From Raillietiella orientalis (Eukaryota): a stretch of DNA of 64,000 bases. Both the position numbers and the translations under genes were made by a program. Numbering within the stretch: position 1 is the stretch's first letter; the number at the start of each line of letters is the position of its first letter. Below are positions 14,901 to 28,500 of the stretch, piece after piece. The notes beneath the pieces were generated by a model. The model made no database searches and was not told the DNA's origin. It saw only the letters and a program-made list of their open reading frames with translations. Location: assembly GCA_036172245.1 (NCBI GenBank), contig JAYWIR010000011.1, positions 2,852,001 to 2,916,000 on the forward strand, read 5' to 3'.

Positions 14901-17399
14901 CCAACTCTTTGTGGACTCGAGGTTGAACTCCTCATGTAAAATACGTTTCTCCAAAGGTTTATCTGGGACAACTCGTTCAGGACTATTCCTCTAAAAAATG
15001 AAATGCATAACAGCCTAGTGCCCTTTGTTTTGCTCTTGACTGATGTAATGCATATGCTAGGTAATGCGATTTCAGTTCAGTGAATTTATATGTCCTTTCA
15101 TAAAGACCACATCGTAACATTGGAGCAGTGTGCCATGTCCACAATCTTAAACACGAATCTTATACAGTTATGAATGATGTATATGATTCCTCCATGTGAA
15201 TAGCTTGAGCTATATTATTGTACACAAAGTCATAAAAATACATTCACTCACACTCTTAAGTTCAGTTCATAAAATATGAGAGTGGAATCGGATCTAGAAA
15301 AAATAAGCAAATTGAAGGATTTTATGAAATGATTGGAGATGTTGCGACATTATTAAAAGTTACATACATCATTTTTCAACTTTCGCATTAACTGATTTCG
15401 ATAATTAGCGTTTCATCTGAACCATAAACTCAGCAGAACAGCGCTTTGGAAATTGAAGCTCAAAATTCTGGTACTGACATGCCAGATACAGTCAGAGCTT
15501 CTTTGTTTCTGAAGGCAGTGGAACTCCAGAATTAAAAAGTCGAGAAAAGGAAATCGTAACTGAACTGAACAGTAAGAAGGATTTTTCGAGGTTCAAGCAA
15601 CATGGCAAATGAAAAGGACTACTGTATACTGTTCGTGCTTCTGGAGATCACTTAAGTATTTTGAAACTGATGAACTTAAAGGAAATTTAAAAACCTTCCA
15701 GTATAAAATGAATCTTAAAAAGTATTTGTAAATTTAATGCAATTGATCCATTGTAAACATTGCAAGAAGATTCGGTGTTGCCACGCATAACTGGTCCGAA
15801 ACACTAATGCATTAAAGCTGTATCAAATGTTCATGGAATCTAATGCAAGTTTTCACTGAAGGCATGCTTCAGGGTGGAGGCGACCTTCCTTTCTCCGCTG
15901 AATGGAAACTTGAGAATCATCAAATGAACTGAAACACCTCAGTTTCGGAAGATTACTTCCGCAAACCATGAAGCTCGAATTTTGTTCCCTTTGGTTATTC
16001 GATTGATCAGGATGCTTTTATTAAAACACGCAATTCTTGAGACAGGTCACCAGTTCGACACCACTCGTGTACGTTGAATCCACACATGCCTCGTTTTCTC
16101 CTTACCTTGAAAGATCGATGGAGAAGGACTGGCTTTTAGGTTGCTTCCTTCCCACTTGCACTCTTGGTGGCCATAGGTGGTACACAATATCCTTTTTTGG
16201 GGAAAAAAAAAATGTAACTATAAATATGGTATTTTCAAATGATCTTTATTTCTGAACAACAAGGACTAATCTAAGATAAAGAAACAGTGGAATTATGCTT
16301 CGCCAACATTGCAATTATAATGCCCGAGAGCTACACAGTAACTTGAAGATTCGTATCTTTCCATGATATTTCGGCAGATTATCCAGTATTTTCTAGCACG
16401 AAATCATAGATAAAGCAATTTTTTTATTTGTGGAAACTAATTATGAATCAAATGAAAGATATATGTTAATGCTCGTTTTCATTTCAGAAGGGTGACTTTT
16501 CTTCATCCTTCAAATGCTTTCATATTATGACATAGTAAGTAGGTCAGGAGATGCGTTATGATGTAATATAAAATCATCTTATTTAATATCCTAGTTCATA
16601 TCATGAGCAAATGACTCTTCCCGGACGTTCGATCAGTGGTAGACTGATATGTTCAGGTTTTCATTTCATACATTGAAGTGATGTATGTTATAAAGAAGCC
16701 GAATGGGAATCCTTTAGTGTTTACAGAATTTTCAATTTGTGAACATTTATATAATTCAGAAGCATTATATATGATTCCATCTATGGAAGAAAATGCAAAT
16801 TTAGGGTTGCACTTTAGCGTAATGGAAGATGCTTAAAACAAACATTCGAAAATGCGGACCTCAAAAACAATTCGCTCGCAAACTTTTTCAATATTATGTT
16901 CTATTACCTATTTGCTTTCTCTGCTTTTCTTTAAAAAAATACCGTATGGAATATCACTTTCACTATCAGAAAGGTATGATTCTTTTCAGTAGCGATATTC
17001 AGTAACTGTGGAAATTTCATTTGTGTGTTGAATTTTTCAAGTGTCACACGCGCTCATTTTTGGGTGAAAATTTTGTGTTTATTCTAGACATTCAAATTAC
17101 TGCTTTGGAAGGACTAGCCGCTTCAGCCATAAGAACAAAGATGTTGCATCTGCTCTGCACTCAGATACCCTGATATTAGGCGTGGTCGTTTGCGAAAGCA
17201 CAGTTTCACGGGTGGTGATCGCGGAGTACCAGGATAAGTGCAGAAAGTGTTCACGAACAGTGAGTTTGTCATTCCAGTAATAATTCTAAGATGCCAAGTT
17301 TAACGCCTAATCAGATTAAAATATTATGACGTCTTGATTTGCCTGCCTTTAAGCTTAAAATATGTCTGAATTTTACGGAACGTAATGCATGTCTGACTG

Positions 17400-19520
17400 C
17401 AGCATCCGTGTGTATCAGTGGCTTTTATTTCGTATTTGCCGTGTTATCTGCTCCCCCCCCTCCTCCCTTAAAAAGGAAAAAGGGGGGGAGGGGAAGGGAA
17501 ACAAACTGTGCCTGTCTTGGTTTCACGAGCGTTTTATCCGCTGTTGGTTTTGCGAAAATCGATCGCCCTACGTACGTGTGTCATAACGTTCAGCTACGTT
17601 TTGCTTCAGCTCTGCTGCAATTAGCGAAATTCCTGCCGACACGTCCCTCGGCCGAACTTGGCCGCGCTTCCCAAATCTCCCTTCCTCGGGATGTGTGTGC
17701 AGTGGTGGCAGGCAGTGCAAGTGTAGGATGCTAGGTGGGGAAGGGGGGGGGGAGGGCTGAGGAAAGCCCCATTCTGCGCTGGCAGTCCGTAGAATGGATG
17801 AAAGCGGTCGTTTCCCCCTCGACCGGGGCCTCCGTTTCGTGCCCCACGCGAACGTTGGGAGTTGGTGGGGGATCCCCACCGTGTGGGGATCTCACGTGGG
17901 GAGAGTCCGGAATGGATCCGCAGCCGCTTGCTTGGCATTCCCGTTTCGTATCCATGGTGTTTCCTTTTTTTTTTTTTTGCTTTTCTTCCCCGGGATTCCG
18001 ATCCGTGTGCTTGGGCCCATAATTACCAGCCAGCAGTCTTTCCTGCCGTTCTCCTTTTGGTTTGAAGAGGCCGAACCTGAAATTCGAGATGCTTGTTGCT
18101 ATCGCTCTCATCCTGCTCTCCGTGGCAGCATCGAATTTGCTGTTCCAAAAAGGTTTGCTTGCGTTGTGTGACATTCTTGCACATGTCGCACGTCGTGTTG
18201 CACGAATGCTGCAGGAAGGCTTTTTCGGATGATTTTTTTTTTTTTTTTCAAAGGAAAAGAAAAACAGGGGGGGGGGGACCTCACTTTTTGCACTGTCGCG
18301 TTTTTATGCAAACAATCTGAACGGCTGCTGCTGCAGCATCATCTCCTCCCCAATGGCACGAAACAATTTCGGCTGTCGGTTTGATGCTTGCCGTTATGTG
18401 GTTATGATTTTCGTAATCGCGAAGAAAATGATATTGTAAGCGTTGACACGTCGAATGAATTCACAAACTGACGGTGAACGGTCAAATCAAATCACCGGTC
18501 ATACCGTGATTTCCGCCCCCCCCCCCCCTTTTTTTTTTTGTCGGTCAGTTTGCTTGTTCGGTTCGTTTTGGCGGCGTACGATGGTGATCCTTTTACCCTC
18601 AGATAAACTCTCGTCATTGCTCGTTTTTTTTTTTTTTTTTTCCTTCAAGCAGCCGTCAACTTGGAGAGAGAGAATGAAAGCTCTAATGAATCGCGTTGTT
18701 CCGTTCGAGCAAGCAGCAAGTGCCGACCAAACCTTTTCTGGCCTTTCCAGGGATTCGGCTTGCTATGATTTTCGGGTGCTGAATGAGCCAGGGTTCACCA
18801 TGACGACCGACATCACCGTGCAGCTGCGGTGGGATCCCACGTTGCAGCAAGAAATTCTAGAAGATTACGAGTATGATGGGGGTAACTCCTCGTCACGACT
18901 GTTTGAGCGGTCCAGGATCAAGGCTTTGGCGGGTGAGGAAAATTCCTTTTTTTCGTACTGCCTTCCCCCCCCCCCCCCTCCCCTCCTGCTCGTCGCCGTT
19001 CCCGCAGCAACCAGTGTGCTGTTTGCCGCCATCCTCCCCCTCCTCCTCCCCCTCCCCCCCCTCCCGCGAAACGGATTCCCAGTGTGGGCATTCGAATTAC
19101 GTCGCCTTATGCATCGCAGGCCCACACGGCTTCGTGGAGAAATTGCAGCAAACCGAATTTACGCCGCGTTTGATGGGGAAGACGGGTTGGCCGCACCTTC
19201 AACGAGTCAAATCACGAGATGAGCGTTTTTCTGTGTGTGCCAAAAGGGCTGTTGCCGACGTTTCGTCCAGTTCGAAATGGTTTCTGTGTGTCGGAACGTT
19301 TTGCAAGTCGCCAGAATGTCGGATGTGTATGTGTGTGTTTTTTTTTTCAATTTGACGGCGCAGATTTTCCTTTGTGGACCACTCCCTAAATGTCCTTGCC
19401 CGAGATGCACGTGCTGCGAGCAGTCACGACTGAACCGTAGTCGGGAAATCATGATGGTCGTTCTTAAGCGGGAGGGGGGGGGAGGGGGGGAGAGCTCCGT
19501 CGCTGAGTAGCTTCAGACAT
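17400..19520 (+). promoter_or_regulatory. GC/CpG-rich 5' region of beta-spectrin with clustered G and C homopolymer runs
   Basis: Visibly more GC- and CpG-rich than the gene bodies, and surrounds coding exon 1. G/C runs occur at about 17454, 17482, 17737, 18267, 18516, 18965, 19036 and 19470. The transcription start cannot be placed from sequence alone. Confidence 0.45.
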
Positions 19521-22500
19521 TCAAAAGCATTGGTCAGACACACAAGGAAAGCAGTTTTGCATATGGCACACGTAACGCAGAGTTTCACTGCATGGAAAAT
19601 TGTTACAAACAGTTACAAAATACAACTTCGATGTTGCACTCGCTGGAACGTAGCATATTGCGTAACGAGCCAATGCAGAGCCCCGACACTCAGAAAGATA
19701 AATGCTCCCCCCTCCGTGATTTAAAATAATGCCCCCCCCCCTCCAAAAACAAAAAAAAAAAGGAAGGCAGGAGAGTGCGTACAGCAGAGTGCCGTAGCGC
19801 ACTGGGATGTTTGGGCATGGGTGGCACAAACACACCCAGTGATTGCAAATTATGGGGGGTCCATCCTATCGCGATTTGTGTGTACAGCCGTACCTTGACC
19901 TGCTCCCGGATTACGTTCTGGAACGCAAATCGATTTGGGCGTAAGGCGGTCGCCATGGGGTGATGTCAGATGGTATTGTACAACGTGTGGGGTTACCTTG
20001 GCACACGTCGTACTATCTAAACCTCCACGTTGCGCACACACGTGCCCGAATACCGTGGTCCATAAACTCGGAATGCTGCACGGCATTGCACAGCACCGTG
20101 GTTCGTGGTTTGAAAATTGTTGTCCGTCTCTGTACAGTACTGTACTAAGTTTCTGTCGAGCCCTTGCGGGGGACCCCAGACGTATCCGCGATCGGGCGTT
20201 GGTCGACCGGGAAAAAGTCGAGGTACCTTCATGATCATCATTTCAGATCACATTTACAGAAAAGCCAAACCGAACAGCCCTCCACATCTGAAAGTGATTT
20301 TGTGCTGATTTCAAGCAGACCTACGAGATGATACGTAAGGTTGCACGGTAGATTTTTCGGATTTGGGAGTATGGAAGCGGCAGAGGGAATGATGCCCTTT
20401 TGCCGTTTTCCACAAGTAACCGAACAGGATAGCCCCTGGAAGTACAAAGTCGAATGGCCATCCGGTTTTGTACTTAAACAAAGATCGACTCTTGGAACTC
20501 GTGCACGCCCACCTTCAGTTTGCAAGCGGCGTTTGCAGATTTACGTTGAGATCAGTGGCTTGGACGAACTGTTAGCACACTTGACGACCTCACCAGCACA
20601 AAATCAATTAAGCTTCTGCATACTCTTCAGGCACACTTTGAAGTTATTTTAAAGTTTTGCAGCTCAAAGCCCCTCCAAAAAAAAAAAAAAAAAAAAGCGT
20701 AGCAATGATGGAATTCGTGCATAACAGTCATTGTAAAGTGCGTCTGACTCCTGTCTAAAAAGGCAATCGGTAATTTAAATTATTAAAAGACACAAACTGT
20801 TCATTGTAGAATACTTCCTTCCTTTTTAGCCGAAACTGTTTGTAGATTTTTGCCAAGGTTTTGCACCAGTAGCTGGCATATAATTAAAGAATAAGATCAC
20901 AAGTACGTTTAAGACTTGTTGGAATGGGCTCGGCCTTCACTGGAACGCACACGCAAAAAAAACTTTGGGTTTTCAAAAAACATTTGCTACCAAGGCACCC
21001 CCTATAACCCTCCTGGGGTGCCCCCTATAACTCTCAAAACATTTGCTATCAAGGCACAAATGTGAAACAGAGAGGCATGAGACTTTTCTTGTGCCACCCT
21101 GTTTAAAAGATTTAAAACGATTAAGTTGACCTTATATTTACCAAAGTATTGTGAAAATCGAAGATTAACGAAATATTCAATAAATTCGGTAATGGTTTTT
21201 TGTTGCTGCAAAATTCAACATCAGTTACTCATGAAATATGAGGCAGTTTACTATTCGTTGTTTTGAATACAAAAATGAAATCGTAGATAATTGTTTGCAG
21301 TTTGGAATTTTTACTGCTTCCAAGGATTTTTTGTTTTGTGTGTGTGTGTGTGTGTGTTTTAATGAAAGCGCAGAATGCAAATGGAAATGAATAATCAAAA
21401 CAGATTCATTGAAAGATCTCCAATACACGCAATAACGTGCAGGAATTGGAGGGATCTTGCTTCCAGGCCCAATTCGCCTCTAGCATCCCAGTGTATTGAG
21501 GTAGCACAAAACATCTACATTTGTTCACGTATCAGCGTGTTGAATGCAAAGTAGCGTTTTTCTATTTAGGTTAAAATTTGCGAACGTGTTTTTTTGCTAC
21601 TGCCGTTGTATTTTTTCGTAATGCTCAGCATCGGAACAATGAGCCAACGCCCGGATTGTTCAACAGAATAGGTGACTTCTCTTGAATGTGCAGCATTATT
21701 GGAAAAAGACCGAATGGCCCCGTTCGGTCCTCCCGACGTATTAGTACCTCGCTCGCTTAGTACCATTGTACTATATCAACAAATTTATGGTTTTACAGCA
21801 GTGCTGTATGCAGATGATAATTTTGCATGTCCTTAACAGGGTAATGTCTTCGCTTTTACAGAGAGCACATGGAAAGTCCTCGACAGTCTAATGTATTTCT
21901 AAGTCTTTAGGAGTACTTACGTATTTTGTTAGAGAGAAAACAGTTTGATATGTTTATGTTTATGGGAATTTTTTCATCAAGTGGTAATTGTAATTGCAGT
22001 GCTTATATGATTTCAATTGGCACTTGCTGACACAATGATTTCTAGCTTGAGAACAAAAGTAGCTTTTATTCTGAAGATATTTTAGTGTCAGTGTGTTTTC
22101 GAAGCTTTTATTTTGAAGTGCCTACATCAGAAGCCACATAGCTAGGGTCTTTTTGCATGTATCACCAAAGCATCACAGGTTTGAATACCCATAAAGAATT
22201 GACGCCAGAGAAATGGGTGCATCATGGGTTCGAGTCTCCCCTGCAAGATGTTGGTTGGTCTATATTCAGGTGAGGCACTGGTAGAAGCTGATGAAAACTA
22301 GGTGCCCCTGATGAGTGGCCAGGACTGGGAGTTGCCCTCTGGGGTGCTTCCAGGAATCAAAATCAGGGAGTTGGTTTCCTCTGGAGTTTCCCTCCATTTG
22401 CTAAAAAGGAGCCGTCTCTCCCCCCCCCCCCTTCGTTGGGGGGGATCCTCCATCGAGTACCATGGAGCTGGCGGATAGATGCCCCTCTAGAGTGTGAAGA

Positions 22501-25500
22501 AGCATGCTACTCCCTTTGGGGAGCATCCTTCAGAGAAAATTTGGAAGCACCCCTTCAGAGGAGTAACAAGGAGCGGTTCCCTTGCAGATTCCATCTAGAG
22601 AAGAAATTCCAGGTTCTCTTTGGAGACAACCAGGACAGGGGTTCCCTACTAAGCATAAGATGAACAGACTGTGGACTCCTTCCCCCAGAGCCCTTCCTGG
22701 TTTCATGGGGTGGTCCCCTCCATGGGTACTCCCTATAACTTGAAGAGTTACTACACACACCACCAGGTGGTGTGGAACAGTGTCAAGAGCTTCATGAGTT
22801 GCCCAGGAAGTGAACAGTTCTCAAGTACTTTGCGAACCAAAAAAAGAAAGAAAACCCGGGGGTGAGGGGGGGGGGAGCTGGAAGGAAACAGAAATAACAG
22901 CCAAACAGAAGAGAACCCAAAAGGATTAACATCATCTTAGGCCAATTGCCCTGACATAACCAGGTGGTAATCATCTTAGGCCAATAATAATGATCTCCCC
23001 TCAAGGTCACTACTGGCCCTCTAAAAGAAAATACATATAAATGAAACTTTGAAAATGTCCCCAAGCAAAATGCAGAGAGCTCATCATCATGTTTGTTGCA
23101 AGTGATCAACATAGGTTGGTTATTTTATAGGAACTTTGGAAATGCGGTATGCACTTGTAGTAAGGAGATCATTGTATACTTATTTCCAGTCCTGAAATTG
23201 CTAATCAGGTTTGCACACAAGGTTTTCATCTTCCTGATTAATAAGCTAAATTGATTGTTCTTGGCAAGCAGTTTTATATATAACACCTTTATCTCAAAGT
23301 ATTTAGATCTAGAAGTGTGTGAACTAGATTGTTTCATTTTTTGTGTGCATGCCTAATATGTTGATGTTCTACTTTCTTCAGTTGTATTTTGGAAAAGCAT
23401 TAACATCTAAATATCTCAATCCTTAATTTTTTTTACAAATACATTTCGAAATAGTTTTTGTTAGTGTTTTCTCATATGGTTTTCTTAATTTTTCTTTTCG
23501 ACTGTAAAATATATTCAGTAAAATGTTTTTGTTCCTACAGTCTTGTGCAGTAGAAGAACTGGCTTTGTATCTTTTCAGTAGGATTTCAGATGCTACACGA
23601 TAGTGTTGTATAGGCAGAAAGAAGCATGGCATTTCCATGTGTTGATAATGATGGTAATTCAAAAGTTCTTGTATTTATGTGGCAGCATTCAGTTGCAGTA
23701 TCTTTGGAATTTGAGTTTACCACATATGTGAAAGATGAGTAGGATAATGCATAAGGGTGCTGCTGTTGAAATTAACAAAAGCATTGTGAGAATGTTTCAT
23801 GCTTTATGAAAAAATTTTCACCAATTATTTTAGTGGTTCTTACCTTGCTTCAAAATGAGTGTCCAACACTTGAAAACGGTTTTCTCAAAAAAAGAAAGAA
23901 AAAAATAAAAGGCCAAATTCCGAAATGAACATTGTCGGAATTGTCAATTCTTTATCTTAGAAGCACAACAAAAAGAAACAAAAAAAAAAAAACAAAAGCA
24001 TCATTTGCATTTATTGCTTGTGAAACAACTTGGTTCCCAAGATTTTTTGATGACAAGTTCCTAAATTTGAAGCTTGCCTTGATATTCTATGAAAAATCAG
24101 AGCTTCATACATGTTCATAGAAAATTTCTCCATTTCCAACTGATCCACCCAATCACATATTATTTTACAATACAAAATGTAAATGCCTCATTAAATCATG
24201 TATCATTTCCTACTGGTTGCTCTTTTATTGTGAATTCAGTTCCTATCAATTCTGTAGGTATTGTTTCATTTTTGTTGTTGTGGAAGTGCTTCCTAATTAA
24301 AAAGGTGTACATTAATCCTATTTATGGAATGAAATTTCATTTGTAGTCAAATTTCATTTGCTTGATTTCAATTTAAGCATGGTGTTAATCGTTTCTATGA
24401 TTAAATGGTTTGAAACTGTACAACTTGTGTACTTATTAATGATATTCTTTGGAGATAGTCTGTGTTTAATAAGATTTTTTTCACATTTTTATGTGCTTAT
24501 GTGGTAAATATACCTGCATAACCAATTACCCTAATGTACATTTAATCATAGTATTTTGAAATATGAGCCACTTTCTAAGGGAACAGTTAGGTTGAAAAAA
24601 TTAAAGATGTGCAGAATTATTGTTAGAAAATTGAAAACTTTTTTGTGTATTATTTTTTATTATGGATTTAGCTTGTTTTTTTTTTTTTTTTTCTTTTGAT
24701 GAAGACCAAGAATGAAGTGTTCAAGTATTCAGTTTCAGCTCATTCTGTTGCCATATTTTGTTTAAAAAATTTTCAAGTCGACACATTTCTTAATGTTAGT
24801 ACTGGCATTGCTCATGTTTGCCACATAAATTTGTAACTTTTGAATGATGCATTAAATTTGCATTCATATGGCTTCATTTGTGTTAAAGAATTAGCTTACG
24901 TAATGTTTTTATTTATTCATATTTGTATTCTAATTATAATTTCTAAATTACAGTGCAAATAAAAAAATGAATACAAATCAAGAATTTGTGACTGATACAT
25001 GTGAATATTTTTTTTTTATTACAGACGAAAGGGAAACTGTGCAAAAGAAAACCTTCACAAAATGGGTTAATAGTCATCTTGTAAGAGTGAACTGCCGAAT
25101 TTCTGATCTCTATACTGATATTCGAGATGGCAAAATGCTTATGAAGCTTTTGGAAATTTTATCTGGTGAGAGATTGGTAAGTGTGCAGTCTATATTGTAA
25201 TCTTCCACACATGCAAAATTTTTATTTTTTTTTTCATTTATGATTTCTTGACACTTTTACTTGTCATTTCTTTGCACGTAAAATTTATTGGGCAACTCAA
25301 ATGTGTGTTTTCATATGATAAAGAATGTCATCTATGGAATCCGTTTATTCAAATTTTTTCTTACTAGTTCGTATTTTTTTTTGTTTAAAAAGTTTGAAGT
25401 GGGCAGTTTTATTTTTTGCATTGTGGAGTCAGAAATTGAGATTTATGAACTTGTTGCTTTGTCAGGGAATTTTTTCCTTTATCATTGGTTTATCTAAATT

Positions 25501-28500
25501 GCGTGATTATAACTTGTGATGTGGAATAGAACCTAAAGAACTAAAAGTTTTAAAATAAATATTCTAGATTTGAGAACGTGTAGAATGTGATCAAATATTT
25601 GAAAACTTGTTAGGAGGATTTCTTTTTCCTGTTGACAAGATTTCGTAGTGGTGGGCACACATATATGAAACCTAAGTAAAATTTCAACAGAATTAGCATT
25701 CCTGTCTTTCACATGGTACATAGAACAGGTTTTGTATAAAAAGTCACACTTAAGCATTGATTTAACACATCAGAACATTTATTCTAAAAGCAAACCCATT
25801 GAAAACTTCCTTTTAAAAATGCAATTGTTTAGCCAGTAATGATTAGATAATTATTTTAATTATATCAGTGAACTTTTAACTGGGAAAAACTATAGTAAGA
25901 TATCTGTTATCAAGGACCTTGTAAAAACCCAAGTTGAGTAGCGTTTCTGATCAGCATTTTTGATTCATCTTTATGAGTAATTGAAAATTTAAAAAATTTG
26001 CTGGAGTTAGGTGCAGATTAAAGCAATCCTTAGGTTTTATAAATTTTGTATTGTCACTTTTCCGCATGTAAATGGAATTGGTGTCGCTTTCTGGTGAATT
26101 TTTCGATGTATCCGATGTTATCTTTTTTCTATAGATTTCTCATTCTATCTTGAATATATGTATATATTATAAGTATGAGAATGTGAAAACATGTACAATG
26201 CAGGAGTTTTTGAAGGGAACAGAGCATTGAATGTGTTTCAATTGATTTGTGTAAAGCTTATTCCTAGAATCATTCTTTTTTCTTTTTTTTTGCTGATCTT
26301 CTCTGTTTATTTTCTTTGAATATTGGCAGACAGATTGTTCTTTCCTCTACTCACCTCTTACATGGACTTAAGTTAATTTTTCAATGCTCATTGCGAGATT
26401 TGATTATTACTGTCTTGGTGCTTTTGGTTAGTTTTTCCAAATCTATCAGCAACTTGTAATCTTTCATTGCATGTGCTCACTGTTAAGTTTAATGTCTCCC
26501 TAGCCTAGTTTGACTTTCAATAATAATTTCAGTGTGCAATGTAGTTTCTAGCCAGATAGTAATTTTTACCTGCTTTGTTGAAGATTTTTGCTTCCACATC
26601 TTTTACATCTGCATAAGTCTAGTTGCTTGAAGAAACAAAATTAAAGCAAGCTTTAGTTCAGCAATTAGAATTGTCCAACGAATATTTTTCATAAATACAT
26701 TAGGTTTTCATCAATTTGACGTTTTCAGTGTTAAACTTTGTTGTTAACTGCTCATGTTATTACTGGACTGCACAGTGATTTTTGGTTTGGTTTGGTTTGG
26801 TTTATTATGGGTTGTATGTTTCATTTTTTGTATCTGATTTTGTGTTTGCGTCTTTGACTAGTCGTCTTCTTACATTAGATTAATAAATGTAAATTTTGTT
26901 GTGTCTGATTTGAGTCTAGATATAGGTTTCAGTATTTAAAAAATATATTGGATGATCATATTGTAACTATGTATTTATATTTTCATTTCTTAATTTATAG
27001 CTTCAGAAGATTTGTAAATTCGAATGCAGCATTTTTCATGTTAATATTGATAGCCATAGACAGTATGAAGTGTGGGATTGCTGAATGTTGAACTCAAAGC
27101 CCACATATGAAATCTTATTAATATAGGCCACATTAAAAGAAATGAGACAGCTATTATAGAACAATTATTGGGTGTAAAGTTTAAGCCGAAAAAATCTGTT
27201 CTTAAATCAAATGTATAAAAGGGTTTACATTGTAAATGATCAAATTTCTCCAAATTAAAACTTGGATTTACTAGAGAATTACGAAGCAAGCAGTGGAAAT
27301 TGTGTTTATTTTATATTTTCTTTTTAATTTGTTGCAGAAAGCTAATCAAGTAGATTTAGCTATTGTTTTTCTTGACTGTGATTTTGATATAGTTTAGTAT
27401 TCTCTGTGAAAAAAATCAATATACATTGTGACAGCTAATAGATAGATGTCTTTCTGTGACATGCATAAGTTTTGTTGACCTGAGATGTAGGTTACCAGTT
27501 CCTTTACAGGAATATTCTTTAGCAGTTAACATCTGTGTTTGGAACTTAAGCAACAGTTTTAGTAAGAGAGTTTCTGAAAGCACATGACTCAGAAAAATTT
27601 CAGGCAATTGGAAATATAATTTTGCTGTGCACATTAATTGTGTTCACTAATGGATTTGATCGATGCTGCTACCAATTTTTATGTTAAAGAAGGAATGAAA
27701 AAGGATTGTAACAATTGAGAAGTTGATAGTAAAGATTGATTGATCCTGAAAAGTACAGTTCATTCCTCATGCTGTGTGTTAAAATTTATGGAAAATGTGC
27801 TCATAAAGTTTATTTTTAAGTAGAGCGTAAACAATAATGATTTTCATTGTAAGTATAATTGACGAAGTCGGCTTCAGTGAGCTGATTTGTATCTCATCTG
27901 TCGCGAATACTTTTGACATTTTTTTTGATTATTCATGATGAAAAACAGTACTTAGCAATCATTGTAGAAAAACGGAATCATAGATGGAAGCACAATAAAG
28001 TGAAAGAAGTCATTCAAACCTGGAAGAATGGTTATTTAAAAGTGATATTTTTAGAAAAAGAATATTCTCTAGCAGAAAGTAATCTAGTATTTTGCGAAGC
28101 CGGTTTTCCACCTGGATTAATGCAAAGTGATTGAGAATAGCAAAATTCAATTGTAATATTTACATAATCATGCCACTATTTAAATTTTTTAATGTAGTAT
28201 GTCGTTTTTGATTTTTATTTCCATTTTTAGCCAAAAGCAACGAAGGGGAAAATGCGTATTCACTGCCTGGAAAATGTGGAAAAGGCTTTACTTTTCTTAA
28301 AAGATCAAAAAGTTCACTTAGAAAACATGGGATCTCACGATATTGTTGATGGAAGTCCAAGGTTGACCCTTGGCCTAATTTGGACGATTATTTTACGATT
28401 TCAAGTATGATACGATTTATGTTCATTTGTAATTTTGTTGATTAACTTTGGATATGCATTGCATTTCAGTGTTTTGTTTATGTAAGTGATGCAAAAAAAA

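Noticed and set aside
18443..19222. 259-aa ORF as a stand-alone protein
   Set aside because: Only 18800-18932 matches beta-spectrin; the rest is UTR or intron read through homopolymer runs.
22215..22245. tRNA gene suggested by GGGTTCGAGTCTCCC
   Set aside because: No A box, cloverleaf or acceptor stem could be built.
6811..28230. Near-identical lengths of the long Vps39 intron (3052 nt) and beta-spectrin intron 2 (3054 nt)
   Set aside because: I saw no shared sequence between them, so I treat this as coincidence.
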